64,000 nucleotides of DNA from Syntrophomonas sp. (GCA_016841425.1 JAENZE010000015.1:14032-78031), one strand, 5' to 3'; numbered from the stretch's first letter, positions 38,473-48,870 are shown. Notes: a model not told the origin generated them from the sequence alone. Program-made: numbers and translations.

Positions 38473-40503
38473 ATGCTAAGTGCTATTGATTTTAGGGATG
38501 CTACCTACCCAACATTTACTCCAGATGTACCAGTATATGAAGCAATAGACATACTAAGTGATGTAAATGAATCAATTGGGTTTGTTGTTCAGGATGGCAA
38601 ACATTTAGGAACCTTCAGGCTGACAAGGAATAAAATTGAACAACTACCAGCTAACTCTCGTGTTTCCGATATCATTATTCGTAATTATCCTACCATTTTA
38701 CCAGATACCCCCATTTACCAGCTCGGTTTAAAGAGTCTGCTTCCGGTGCCTCTTGTGAGTGCGCAGGGATTTTTCTATGGGGTAATCCAACCTGCTACAG
38801 TATTTTCCTTCTTTCAGATGTTTGGTGCAACACAATACGGAGAAATTCATAATCAACTGAGCGTTGGGGTGATCTTTGAAAGTGCGGAAGGATTAATCAC
38901 ACAGATCAACAGCACGGCCATTAAACTGCTTGGTGTTGAAGCTAAAGATGTTCTGTTTCAACCTCTAGCCCAGGTTATTCCAGAAGTCGATCATGATGAA
39001 TTGTGCAAGATACGAAAAAATATACAGAGGCATGGAAAGGTAATTGATCTGAAAAGAAATATGGTGGAATTAAAAGGGCGTCAAATAGGATGGATGACTT
39101 TATTGGAGGACATCTCCAGCCTGGTTAATGTTACAGCTGAGCTGTCAGGTTTCCATAATCTCACGGAGGAGATTGAAACAATTTTTCGGTATGCCAGTGA
39201 AGGACTGTGTATAATCAATAATAATGGCGTGATTTTGAAGAGTAATGATGCTTTATGTAATGTTATGGGAGCGCCTCAAGATCATATTGAAAATCGACAT
39301 GTAAAAGAATTGAAAATGGATGGAATTATTGATAAATCGATTGCTGAGACAGTATTATCTAAAAAAGCCGAAGTAACCATCACCCAAAAATCAAAAAAGC
39401 AAAATCAATGGTTAACTACTGGAAGGCCAGTTTTTAATAAAGAAGGGAATATAATCTATGTAGTTTCAACTGCCAGAGACGTAATTAAGACGAATAGAAT
39501 GTATCGAGCGGCCGGGGTAAAGCGGGATAAGTACACGTTTCTTGACATTGAAACCAGGCAGGTACTTGATAAGGTTGGCATCATAGGTGAAAGCAAAAGT
39601 ATGTCCAACATTATAGGTGTGGTTTCCCGAATTGCTAATTCTTCCGCAACAGTACTTATTCAAGGTGAGTCTGGTACGGGGAAAGAATTGATTGCCAGGC
39701 TCATTTATGAACTAAGCGACAGGAGATTCGGTGGAAAATTTATAGGCGTGAACTGTGGAGCCTTGCCCAGAGAACTTCTGGAGGCTGAACTCTTCGGATA
39801 TGTGGGAGGAGCTTTTACCGGTTCCAAAAAAGAAGGTAAAAAAGGCCTTTTTGAACAAGCCAACAAAGGGACGATATTCCTGGATGAAATCGGTGATATG
39901 CCTTATGACTTACAGGTTAAACTTTTGAAAGCCGTTGAATATGGGGAAATCGCCAAGGTTGGAAGTGCTGAAACGATAAAGGTAGATACCAGAATCATTG
40001 CTGCTACCAATCAAAATTTACAGAGTATGGTTGCCGATGGAACCTTCCGGGAAGATCTTTTTTATCGGCTCAATGTAATCCCCATATTTGTACCGCCGTT
40101 AAGGGAGCGGCGAGAAGATATAGTAAGCCTGTACGCTTACTTCATTGATATGTTTAACAAAAAGTATAATAGCGACAAAGAGTTTTCTGTTAGAGCTCAA
40201 AATATACTGCAGAACTATAAATGGCCCGGAAATATCCGGGAAATGAAGAATCTGGTAGAAAGGTTGGTTCTTACAACGGAAGCTGATATTATATGTGAGG
40301 AAGATTTACCGATTCAAATACTTGAGACACGGGAAATCTTTGAAAAACAACCAGAATGCTCGCTGAGGCAAGCAATGGAAGATGTTGAACGTCGTATTAT
40401 TTTAGATGCCTACAATCGTTATGGCAGCACTTATAAGGTTGCCGAGGCATTGGATATCAGTCAAACATCCGTTGTTCGAAAACTGAATAAATATCTTCAA
40501 TAG
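38473..40503 (+). CDS. sigma-54-dependent transcriptional activator (CBS pair, two PAS, AAA+ sigma-54 interaction domain, Fis-type HTH)
   Basis: Walker A GESGTGKE, a GAFTGS sigma-54 contact loop, Walker B FLDEIG and a C-terminal HTH (STYKVAEALDISQTSVVRKL). Confidence 0.9.
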   Translation: MLSAIDFRDATYPTFTPDVPVYEAIDILSDVNESIGFVVQDGKHLGTFRLTRNKIEQLPANSRVSDIIIRNYPTILPDTPIYQLGLKSLLPVPLVSAQGFFYGVIQPATVFSFFQMFGATQYGEIHNQLSVGVIFESAEGLITQINSTAIKLLGVEAKDVLFQPLAQVIPEVDHDELCKIRKNIQRHGKVIDLKRNMVELKGRQIGWMTLLEDISSLVNVTAELSGFHNLTEEIETIFRYASEGLCIINNNGVILKSNDALCNVMGAPQDHIENRHVKELKMDGIIDKSIAETVLSKKAEVTITQKSKKQNQWLTTGRPVFNKEGNIIYVVSTARDVIKTNRMYRAAGVKRDKYTFLDIETRQVLDKVGIIGESKSMSNIIGVVSRIANSSATVLIQGESGTGKELIARLIYELSDRRFGGKFIGVNCGALPRELLEAELFGYVGGAFTGSKKEGKKGLFEQANKGTIFLDEIGDMPYDLQVKLLKAVEYGEIAKVGSAETIKVDTRIIAATNQNLQSMVADGTFREDLFYRLNVIPIFVPPLRERREDIVSLYAYFIDMFNKKYNSDKEFSVRAQNILQNYKWPGNIREMKNLVERLVLTTEADIICEEDLPIQILETREIFEKQPECSLRQAMEDVERRIILDAYNRYGSTYKVAEALDISQTSVVRKLNKYLQ

Positions 40504-40549
40504 GAAAATTAACTCTGCAATATCCCTCTGAATCTGTATGGTTGGTCTT

Positions 40550-41365
40550 TTAAATAATACTGTGCCAGGTATGGTTAATTTTCTTAGCCAGGCCAATCCT
40601 ATCCATATTTATAATATTAATGTTTTTTTCTGATTTTTCAATTAACACCCGTTCCTCTTTGTTCAGGCAACGGATATTTTCTCCATCCAGGGATATATCT
40701 GTAGTAAATTCACAGTATGAGGATATGGTCACTTGAGTGTCTGAATTTACTATCAGAGCTCGGCCAGAGGACAAGAGGGGACAAATAGGTGTGAGAACCA
40801 GCGCTTTAACATTTTCAGCCAGCACCGGACCACCTGCTGAATATGAATAAGCTGTTGATCCGGCAGGTGTTGCGCAGATCAGTCCATCCCCCCTATAGAT
40901 GGAGCAGGTCTGATTATCGATGGAAATACCTATGGTGATTGGACGCACGGCCTTAGATCTAATAACCACCTCGTTAAGAGCCACACCCAACTCTACCCGC
41001 TGCCCTCCGCTTATAAGCTCAGCCTTAATCAGTAGGTATTTATCGAGAGTATATTGAAACTTTATGAGTTTGTCCAAAGCCATTGACCAATCATCTGGTT
41101 CTATGCTGCTTAAAAATCCAATTTTACCCAGATTAACTCCTAATAGAGGAATTCCCGTCCCGGCCAGGTGATGGGCAGTTTTTAGAATAGTTCCATCTCC
41201 CCCTAAAACTAAAATTATATCATTACTGCTAAGATCGATATGGTCACTTATTTTACGACTTTCCAAGGCAGATACTATAGCTCCTTTATCTGCCAGGTCT
41301 TCACTAAAACGCTGGCTCAGTTGATATGCTCGTAAGTCGCTTTTATGGATTATCAAGACTTTCAC
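40550..41365 (-). CDS. nadK: NAD kinase
   Basis: GGDGT motif, the NE...I region and the ATPAGSTAYSYSAGGP motif. GTG start. Confidence 0.9.
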   Translation of the reverse strand: MKVLIIHKSDLRAYQLSQRFSEDLADKGAIVSALESRKISDHIDLSSNDIILVLGGDGTILKTAHHLAGTGIPLLGVNLGKIGFLSSIEPDDWSMALDKLIKFQYTLDKYLLIKAELISGGQRVELGVALNEVVIRSKAVRPITIGISIDNQTCSIYRGDGLICATPAGSTAYSYSAGGPVLAENVKALVLTPICPLLSSGRALIVNSDTQVTISSYCEFTTDISLDGENIRCLNKEERVLIEKSEKNINIINMDRIGLAKKINHTWHSII

Positions 41366-41888
41366 GATTAAACACCTTTCTTTATATCCATTTTTATTTA
41401 CCGATAATGACTTAGGAGGTTCGGTATGATTAAAATCTTAATAATTGTTTCTGTTTATTGGATGTGCAATAAATGTGCCAATCCCAATGATTGAAGGTCT
41501 GCACAACTGCTTTATATTCGAGGTCCAAGCAGGGGGTTTTATCAGATATCTGCTTGGAGCATACCCGGCGAGGATCATTCTATTAGTCTGCACCTATGAT
41601 TAGGAAAGAGGGAAATACAGGTTCTTATGAAGTAACCCAAAAACGACTTGGGCCGAAAAAGCACGAATCTTTGGGAGTTTAGACAATATTAAGGATAAGT
41701 TGATCAGTTAGCAAACCGACTTTGACTCGGTACCGAAACTTAAAAATAGATTTTCATCTCCTCTCTGTTGTTGATGAGAATAACCTGCAAATCAAACAGA
41801 TTATGAAAGGCCCGTAAAAGGCTATTTATAGGGAAAGTCATGAAAGAGTGAGGACTGTTTTTACTGCAGTTTTCACTCTTTTTGGATT

Positions 41889-41904
41889 TGGCATAGTATT
41901 TGCA
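41889..41904 (+). promoter_or_regulatory. sigma-54 promoter (-24/-12), operon 2
   Basis: The same TGGCATAGTATTTGCA, extended to an identical 21-mer, lies 53 nt upstream of ATG 41957. Confidence 0.85.
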
Positions 41905-41956
41905 ATTTAAAGTACAAGAGAGCGACTACAGTAAAAAACGCAGAAAGGAGCCAGTC

Positions 41957-42925
41957 ATGAAAGATATCAGGTATATATTCGCTATTAAGGAGGCCATGCA
42001 AGAAGAAATGGAGAGAGACGAAAACGTTTTTCTCATGGGTGAAGATGTAGGTCTTGCAGGCGGGTCATTTGGAGCAAGTAAGGGTCTTTTTGAGAAATTT
42101 GGAGAGAAAAGGGTCATTGATACTCCCATCAGTGAGGCCGGTTTTACATCATTGGCGGCAGGAGCCGCATCCTGTGGGCTAAGGCCGATTATTGAGATTA
42201 TGTTCATGGATTTCGTTACCTGTTGTATGGACAGCGTGGTCAACCAAATTGCTAAGATGCGTTATATGTTTGGAAATCAATATGCTATGCCAATCGTTGT
42301 AAGAATGCCAGAAGGAGGCGGGCAAAACGCAGGCCCACAGCATTCCCAGTGTTTAGAAGCCTGGTTTGCACATGTGCCGGGGCTTAAAGTGGTTATGGCT
42401 GCCAACCCTTATGATGTAAAAGGGCTTCTTAAATCGTCTATTCGCGATGATAACCCGGTTATTTTTATCGAAAATAAGACCCTGCATGCTATGAAAGGTC
42501 AGATTCCGGAAGAAGATTATCTGATTCCCCTTGGTAAAGCGGATGTAAAAAGAGTGGGTAGTGATGTAACTGTTGTCACAGCATCGCGCCTGGTAAACGA
42601 TTCGCTAAAAGCTGCAGAACAGCTTGAGAAAGAGGGTATTAGTGTTGAGGTTGTAGATCTTATGACTATTCAGCCCTGGGATAGGGAAACTGTTTTTGAT
42701 TCGATAGGAAAGACTCACCGATTGGTGGTAGCGCACGAGGCAGTTAAACAGTTTGGGTTCGGAGCCGAGATATCAGCAGCTGTCAATGAAGAATTGTTTG
42801 ACGAATTGGATGCTCCAATTTTCAGGGTAGGTGCACCCTTTGTTCCGATTCATTACAGTCTTGAGAAAGCTTATGTGCCGGGAGTTGAAGATATTAAAAA
42901 AGCTGTCATAGCTGCTATGGGGTAA
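41957..42925 (+). CDS. thiamine-diphosphate-dependent dehydrogenase E1 component, beta subunit (acetoin / 2-oxoacid dehydrogenase type)
   Basis: Transketolase-like pyrimidine-binding and C-terminal domains (GEDVG ... DTPISE ...). ATG follows AAGGAG. Confidence 0.85.
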   Translation: MKDIRYIFAIKEAMQEEMERDENVFLMGEDVGLAGGSFGASKGLFEKFGEKRVIDTPISEAGFTSLAAGAASCGLRPIIEIMFMDFVTCCMDSVVNQIAKMRYMFGNQYAMPIVVRMPEGGGQNAGPQHSQCLEAWFAHVPGLKVVMAANPYDVKGLLKSSIRDDNPVIFIENKTLHAMKGQIPEEDYLIPLGKADVKRVGSDVTVVTASRLVNDSLKAAEQLEKEGISVEVVDLMTIQPWDRETVFDSIGKTHRLVVAHEAVKQFGFGAEISAAVNEELFDELDAPIFRVGAPFVPIHYSLEKAYVPGVEDIKKAVIAAMG

Positions 42926-42963
42926 GTCTCTGTATATTAGGAGAATATTAGGAGGTAATAATA

Positions 42964-44016
42964 ATGAAAGCTGCCGTTTGGTATGGTAAGGAAGACGTCA
43001 GAATAGAAAATTATCCTGAACCCTCGGTGGAAAAAGGACAGGTTAAACTCAAGATAAAAGCTTGTGGTATCTGTGGGTCAGATCTACATGAGTACAAAGA
43101 TGGCCCCTTCGTTATTCCCGCCAGACCTCACCCCCTAACCGGAAGGGCACTGGGACCAGTTGTAGTAGGACACGAATTTGCCGGTGAGGTAGTTGAGATT
43201 GGTGAAGGCGTGACAAACTGCAAAGTCGGAGATCGGGTTACTGTAAATCCTTTAGTATATTGTGGTGAATGTCACTATTGTAAAAAAGGCGAGTATATCA
43301 TGTGTACCAAGCTAGGTACAGCAGGATTCGCCTGCGATGGCGGTTTTGCTGAGTATGGAGTTTTCCCGGAATACGGAATACACAAACTGCCAGATTCAGT
43401 CAGTGATGACGTGGGGTGCTTTGTCGAACCTGTAGCTGTTGCACTGCATGCCGTTAATCGGAGTCGTATGAAGGTTGGAGCTAGTGTGGCGGTAATCGGA
43501 GCAGGACCCATAGGGCTATTAGTATTGCAATGCTGTCTGGCAGCTGGTGCCAAGGAGGTTTTTGTCAGTGAACCCATGCAGGCGCGGCGTGAATTGGCAG
43601 CCAAATTGGGCGCAACAGCGGTCTTTGATCCTACCCAATGCGATGTAGGAAAAGAGATCGGCAAGTATACCGATGGTCTTAAAGCGGATTGGGTTTTTGA
43701 ATGCGTAGGAAACCAGATCACTTTTGATACAGCGGTTAAGGTAGGCGGCAGAAGAGCAATCATTTGTATTGTAGGCCTGGCATTAAAACCCATCGAAGTG
43801 CCGTTCTTACGCTTATGGGGACAAGAAAAGGAGATAGTATTTTCTTCAGGTTATAATGATGAGTTTCCCACCTGCATAAGTTATCTAGCTGACGGTAGGG
43901 TGAAGGTGGAAGAAATGATAACGGCCAGGATTGGTTTGGATGACTATGTGGAAAAGGGAGTTAAGGAACTTATCAATAATGGGGACCAGCAAATTAAAAT
44001 ACTGGTCACCATGTAA
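42964..44016 (+). CDS. zinc-dependent medium-chain alcohol/polyol dehydrogenase (butanediol/sorbitol dehydrogenase-like)
   Basis: GICGSDLH, GHEFAGEV, a structural-zinc Cys cluster (CGECHYCKKGEYIMC) and GAGPIGL. Confidence 0.85.
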   Translation: MKAAVWYGKEDVRIENYPEPSVEKGQVKLKIKACGICGSDLHEYKDGPFVIPARPHPLTGRALGPVVVGHEFAGEVVEIGEGVTNCKVGDRVTVNPLVYCGECHYCKKGEYIMCTKLGTAGFACDGGFAEYGVFPEYGIHKLPDSVSDDVGCFVEPVAVALHAVNRSRMKVGASVAVIGAGPIGLLVLQCCLAAGAKEVFVSEPMQARRELAAKLGATAVFDPTQCDVGKEIGKYTDGLKADWVFECVGNQITFDTAVKVGGRRAIICIVGLALKPIEVPFLRLWGQEKEIVFSSGYNDEFPTCISYLADGRVKVEEMITARIGLDDYVEKGVKELINNGDQQIKILVTM

Positions 44017-44114
44017 AAACAAATAAAATCTATCCAGCTTTGTTGTCCAGATCATCCAATCATATGCAAGACTGACTAATGATACAACTTAGCTGGTTGG
44101 AGAGGAGGAAGGCC

Positions 44115-44897
44115 ATGAAAGCATATAAAACAATCATTGTAGAAAAAAAGGAAGGCATCGGTATTCTAACTCTTAATCGTCCCGAGGTTTTCAATGCCAT
44201 TAGTCAGGAATTAATCGATGAAATGCGAGATGCATTGCGGAATATAAATCTGGATGATGAAATAAAGGTTCTCATTATAACTGGTGCCGGCAAGGGATTC
44301 CAGGCTGGAGCCGATATCAAGGAATTGAGTGAAATGGCTCCTATAAATATACTTCGTTGGAATGAAGGACTGGTAAGAGTTATAGCAGCATTAGAGAAGT
44401 TAAGACAACCTGTTATCGCAGCGATTAATGGCTTGGCTCTGGGTGGCGGACTTGAACTTGCTTTAGGATGCCAGATTCGTATTGCAGTTACTGGAGCCAA
44501 ACTCGGACTTCCCGAGGTTAAGCTTGGCATAATACCGGGAACGGGTGGAACACAGCGACTTCCACGGATCATTGGAAAAGGTCTGGCTTATCAAATGCTG
44601 CTGACTGGTGATCCTATAGATGCTGAGGAAGGATTACGCATCGGCTTAATCAACAAGGTAGTTCCTAAAGGGGAAGTACTGAAGGCAGCAGAAGAGATGG
44701 CTCAAAAGATCGTATGCAATGGTCCGATAGCCCTGGAACTCTGCAAGGACGCAGTTGAGATTGGTATGGATTTGCCTCTGGAACAAGCCGTACAGTATTC
44801 CCAGAAGAATTGCGTAACCTGTTTTAGCACGGAAGACATGAAAGAGGGGACCACTGCCTTCATTGAGAAACGTAAAGCCGAGTTTAAGGGAAAATAA
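44115..44897 (+). CDS. enoyl-CoA hydratase/isomerase (crotonase) family protein
   Basis: The GAGKGFQAGADI oxyanion motif and the GGGLELALGCQIRIA plus PEVKLGIIPG motifs. Confidence 0.9.
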   Translation: MKAYKTIIVEKKEGIGILTLNRPEVFNAISQELIDEMRDALRNINLDDEIKVLIITGAGKGFQAGADIKELSEMAPINILRWNEGLVRVIAALEKLRQPVIAAINGLALGGGLELALGCQIRIAVTGAKLGLPEVKLGIIPGTGGTQRLPRIIGKGLAYQMLLTGDPIDAEEGLRIGLINKVVPKGEVLKAAEEMAQKIVCNGPIALELCKDAVEIGMDLPLEQAVQYSQKNCVTCFSTEDMKEGTTAFIEKRKAEFKGK

Positions 44898-44916
44898 TAG
44901 TAAAGGAGTAAAACAA

Positions 44917-46170
44917 ATGCCTATAAATATCGTAATGCCTAAATTAGGTTTAACCATGGAAGAAGGATTAATTACGGAATGGGTTAAGAAAGAAGGCGAT
45001 TCCGTTACCAAGGGCGATATCCTTTTTATCATGGAAACAGAGAAGATTACTCAGGAGGTTGAAGCCCCTCAGGATGGTATATTAGCCAAAATAGTAGCAC
45101 AGGCACAGGAAACAGTTCCGGTTGGTGAAACAGTAGCTTATATGCTGGAACCCGGAGAAGATCCTGCCAGTATTCCAGCTGCGGGCGCAGCACAAGCAGT
45201 AAGTGCAGCTGTAGAAGAAAAACCAACGATAATCGAAAATATACCCCAGAATCAGTCTGCAGCGGGTGCGGGTTCCAGAATTAAAGCTAGTCCGCTGGCC
45301 AGGAAAATAGCTAAATCCTATAATCTGGATCTATCTCAAGTTATAGGAACAGGTCCCTCAGGCAGAATCGTTGCAGCAGACGTTGAAAAAGCTTACGAGT
45401 CAGGAACATTAACACCTGCAGCATCTGCAGCAGCGGCACCAATGGCAACTACACCAGCTGAGTCTGATGTTGAGCTTGAGGCTGGACAAACCCTGGTTCC
45501 TTTCACCGGTATGCGGAAGGCTATAGCAAAGAATATGCTCGCCAGCAAGCATGAGGCAGCTTCGACTTATATGTACAATACGGTGGATGCCAGCAAGATC
45601 CAGGAAATGCGTGAAACACTATTGCCTTATGTGGAGAAAAAGTATGGTGTACGTATCACTGTTACAGATTTGATGATGAAAATTACAGCTATTGCACTTC
45701 GCGAACATCCGGTTCTCAATACCCGCTGGACTGAAAAAGGGATCATCTATAATTCTAAAGTGAATATGGGTATGGCAATGGCTCTTGACGAAGGATTAAT
45801 CGTGCTTTCTATTAAGGATATAAACTCCAAGAGTATAGGACAGATAGCATCAGACAGAGTTGCTTTAATTAATAAGGGTAAAACTAATAGCTTTGGCCCG
45901 GACGATATATCAGGCAGTACCTTTACGCTGTCATCATTAGGCATGACCGGCCTGGAGCAATTTGTAAGCATTATCAATCAGCCGGAAAATGCCATTTTAG
46001 CAGTAGCGGCCATCATTGATAAACCGGTTGTGGTTGACGGTGAGATCGTGATCCGGCCTATGATGAATGTCAATCTGACCTATGATCACAGGGTGATCGA
46101 TGGGGCAGAAGCAGCCAAGTTTATGATGACCCTTAAAGAGTATATCGAAAATCCGATATTGGCTGTGTAA
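44917..46170 (+). CDS. dihydrolipoamide acyltransferase E2 component
   Basis: Lipoyl domain (METEKITQEVEAP), an Ala/Pro linker, a peripheral subunit-binding domain (ASPLARKIA) and a catalytic DHRVIDG. Confidence 0.9.
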   Translation: MPINIVMPKLGLTMEEGLITEWVKKEGDSVTKGDILFIMETEKITQEVEAPQDGILAKIVAQAQETVPVGETVAYMLEPGEDPASIPAAGAAQAVSAAVEEKPTIIENIPQNQSAAGAGSRIKASPLARKIAKSYNLDLSQVIGTGPSGRIVAADVEKAYESGTLTPAASAAAAPMATTPAESDVELEAGQTLVPFTGMRKAIAKNMLASKHEAASTYMYNTVDASKIQEMRETLLPYVEKKYGVRITVTDLMMKITAIALREHPVLNTRWTEKGIIYNSKVNMGMAMALDEGLIVLSIKDINSKSIGQIASDRVALINKGKTNSFGPDDISGSTFTLSSLGMTGLEQFVSIINQPENAILAVAAIIDKPVVVDGEIVIRPMMNVNLTYDHRVIDGAEAAKFMMTLKEYIENPILAV

Positions 46171-46259
46171 ACAACATTAATCTCATTAAAATTCCATAAT
46201 AAGTTGAGGTCAATTCTTGAAGGGAAGGAATTTAATGAAATGTGCTTAGGAGGATGGAA

Positions 46260-47642
46260 ATGTCTGAAAAAACTAAGATAATAATCGTTGGCGGTGGTGT
46301 AGGAGGATATCCTGCTGCCATACGGGCGGCTCGCATGGGTGCAGAAGTAACATTGATTGAAAGGGCTGACCTCGGGGGGACATGCTTAAACCGTGGTTGT
46401 ATACCGACTAAAGCACTTTTGCAGGCTGGCAATGTAATTGAGACCATGAAAGAATCCGAACTATATGGTATCAAGTGTAAGGGTTACGAGTTGAATTTTG
46501 GTGCCGCTATGGCCAGGAAAGACGCGGTTGTGTCGCAGTTATGTAATGGAGTTAAATCTTTGCTGGGAGCCAAGAAGGTAAAGGTTATTAAGGGAACCGC
46601 TTCGTTTGTTGATGCCAAGACATTACAGATAGCAGAAACCGGGGAAAAAGTTAAAGGAGATAAAATCATCATCGCATCAGGATCTATTCCATCCAAAATT
46701 CCCATCGAAGGAATAGATCATCCCGATGTAATGGACTCAGATAAGGTGCTGGAGATGGCGGCCCTGCCAAATAGTGTGGTTATTATCGGAGGAGGCGTAA
46801 TAGGAGTTGAATTTGCCCAGTATCTTAACTCCATGGGATGTGCTGTAACCATTATTGAAATGATGCCTCATCTGGTATTCGGCGTGGATAAGGAAATCGC
46901 AGAACTTCTGCAAAAACTGGTTGTTAAATCTGGAATTAAAGTGATTACCAGTGCATCGGTAAAGAGTATAGCTCACAAAAAGGCGGAGAATATTGTAACT
47001 TATGCTGTGGGAGACAAAACCAAGACTGTAAGTGCTGAAAAAGTAATTCTAACGGTAGGAAGAAAGCCAGACTTTTCACTTCTTAATATTGAAAAGATTG
47101 GCGTGAAGACTGAAAAAGGCGCTATAGTAGTTAACGATTACATGGAGACCAATGTCCCCAACGTATATGCCGTAGGCGATGTGATCGGCGGTATAATGCT
47201 GGCACATCTAGCATCTGCCGAAGGTGAATGCGCGGTTCACAATGCTCTGGGCGAGAAACAAGCCATGAAGTATAAAGCAGTTCCTGCCTGTATATATACA
47301 ACTCCTGAGGTAGCTTCAGTCGGGCTTACGGAAGAAAAAGCCCGGGAGTCTTATGATATACAAGTGGGTCGTTTTCCGATGCGGGGTGTCGGTAAGGCCC
47401 TGGTTGTAAACGAAGTTGATGGGATGGTCAAGATTGTGGCCGATAAGAAATATGGTGAAGTATTAGGAGTTCATATAATTGGTCCTCATGCAACAGATAT
47501 GATTGCAGAAGCAGTACTGGGAATGAACATGGAAATGACGGTTGAAGAACTGGCTCATACCATTCATCCCCATCCGACTATATCAGAGGCTGTTATGGAA
47601 GCCGCCTTGACGCTATGCGGTGGTGCCATTCATATGCCATAA
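46260..47642 (+). CDS. lpd: dihydrolipoyl dehydrogenase E3
   Basis: GGGVGGYPAA FAD fold, the redox disulfide GGTCLNRGCIPTK and a C-terminal HPHPT interface motif. Confidence 0.9.
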   Translation: MSEKTKIIIVGGGVGGYPAAIRAARMGAEVTLIERADLGGTCLNRGCIPTKALLQAGNVIETMKESELYGIKCKGYELNFGAAMARKDAVVSQLCNGVKSLLGAKKVKVIKGTASFVDAKTLQIAETGEKVKGDKIIIASGSIPSKIPIEGIDHPDVMDSDKVLEMAALPNSVVIIGGGVIGVEFAQYLNSMGCAVTIIEMMPHLVFGVDKEIAELLQKLVVKSGIKVITSASVKSIAHKKAENIVTYAVGDKTKTVSAEKVILTVGRKPDFSLLNIEKIGVKTEKGAIVVNDYMETNVPNVYAVGDVIGGIMLAHLASAEGECAVHNALGEKQAMKYKAVPACIYTTPEVASVGLTEEKARESYDIQVGRFPMRGVGKALVVNEVDGMVKIVADKKYGEVLGVHIIGPHATDMIAEAVLGMNMEMTVEELAHTIHPHPTISEAVMEAALTLCGGAIHMP

Positions 47643-47820
47643 GAATCAACTAGATTCTAAATAGATAATAATAGCAAAGAGCGACATTGTATAACGGTAG
47701 GTATCCTTGATCTTATATTTGTTATAGAGCAAATCTAGAATGGGTGCCTATCAAATAGCAACACAAGTGAGAGTATCGAAACAACAGGATTGTATATGCA
47801 AAATGGAAGGAGAATATTTC

Positions 47821-48780
47821 ATGAAGAAGCTTAGCAATGAACAGTTAATTGAATTCTACAAAAATATGCTAAGAATTCGGAGAACAGAAGAAAAATTAAT
47901 GGAAGTCTTTTCGGCCGGTGAGATTCAAGGTTTTCTCCATGTAAGTGTGGGGCAGGAATCAGCACCGGTGGCAATATGTGCCAACCTCAACGATGATGAT
48001 TATATCGGCACTACCCACCGGGGTCATGGTTATGCAATTGCCAAAGGAATCGACCTGAATCGAGCAATGGCTGAATTGTTTGGCAGAAAGGCAGGTTATT
48101 GCATGGGCAGGTCAGGTTCTATGCATTTAGCTGACCTTTCGAAGGGTGTTATGGGTGCTAATGGTATCGTGGGTGGTGGAATACCTATCGTAGTTGGAGC
48201 AGGCTTTGCAGCTAAATACAAAGGAACCACACAAGTAGCGGTATCTACTTTTGGTGACGGTGCTACCAATGAAGGAGCTTTCCATGAAGCTATGAATCTG
48301 GCCGCAGTCCTAAATCTGCCGGTAATCTTCCTTTGTGAGAATAACGGGTGGGCAGAATTTTCACCAAGACCAATCCATTGCAAAATTGAAAATCTGGCTG
48401 ATCGGGCTGCTTCTTATGGTATTCCGGGAGTAATCGTCAGCAACGATGTAATAGAAATTTATCAGGCTTGTGCTGAAGCAGTTGCACGGGCACGTGCTGG
48501 TGAAGGACCAACCTTTATTGAAGTTAAAAATGATCGCTGGCATGGACATTTCGTAGGAGATGCCCAAAAATACCGGGGTAAAGAAAACGTCGATATTGCC
48601 ATGACAAAAGACTGTATAAAGGATTTAGAGACCTTGCTGTTAAAAGAAAAAGCCCTGAAGAAACAAGATGTTGAAAATATTGAAAACTCAATTGCAGCTG
48701 AATTAGATTCTGCAGTTGCTTACGCACGCGAATGTGCTTATCCAGACCCATCTGAGATGGCAGACGGACTATACGTATAA
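47821..48780 (+). CDS. thiamine-diphosphate-dependent dehydrogenase E1 component, alpha subunit
   Basis: ThDP-binding GDGATNEG ... NN motif. ATG 47821 follows GGAAGGAG. Separated from E1-beta by four genes. Confidence 0.85.
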   Translation: MKKLSNEQLIEFYKNMLRIRRTEEKLMEVFSAGEIQGFLHVSVGQESAPVAICANLNDDDYIGTTHRGHGYAIAKGIDLNRAMAELFGRKAGYCMGRSGSMHLADLSKGVMGANGIVGGGIPIVVGAGFAAKYKGTTQVAVSTFGDGATNEGAFHEAMNLAAVLNLPVIFLCENNGWAEFSPRPIHCKIENLADRAASYGIPGVIVSNDVIEIYQACAEAVARARAGEGPTFIEVKNDRWHGHFVGDAQKYRGKENVDIAMTKDCIKDLETLLLKEKALKKQDVENIENSIAAELDSAVAYARECAYPDPSEMADGLYV

Positions 48781-48828
48781 GACATCACCCCCCTGGTGAC
48801 CGGAAGAGAGTAATCCATAACGGATAAT

Positions 48829-48870
48829 GGCAGGCCGGAATAGGAGCACCGGCTTGCCTGCCTTTCCGGT
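48829..48870 (+). terminator. probable terminator of operon 2
   Basis: GGCAGGCCGG ... CCGGCTTGCCTGCC imperfect stem followed by TTTCCGGTTT. Confidence 0.45.

Noticed and set aside
41857-41887. AAAGAGTGA ... TCACTCTTT 9-bp inverted repeat followed by a T-run, just upstream of sigma-54 promoter 2, considered as a terminator or an activator binding site.
   Set aside because: No equivalent element precedes promoter 1 and no plus-strand gene lies upstream to terminate. It is noted only as something to include in footprinting.
41900-41956. Upstream extension of the E1-beta ORF (TTG at 41900).
   Set aside because: That TTG is part of the -12 TTGCA box of the sigma-54 promoter. The ATG at 41957 has a proper AAGGAG RBS.
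43275-43793. 172-aa minus-strand ORF inside the Zn-ADH gene.
   Set aside because: It is an antisense shadow ORF with a low-complexity Pro/Ser/Thr/Ala composition.
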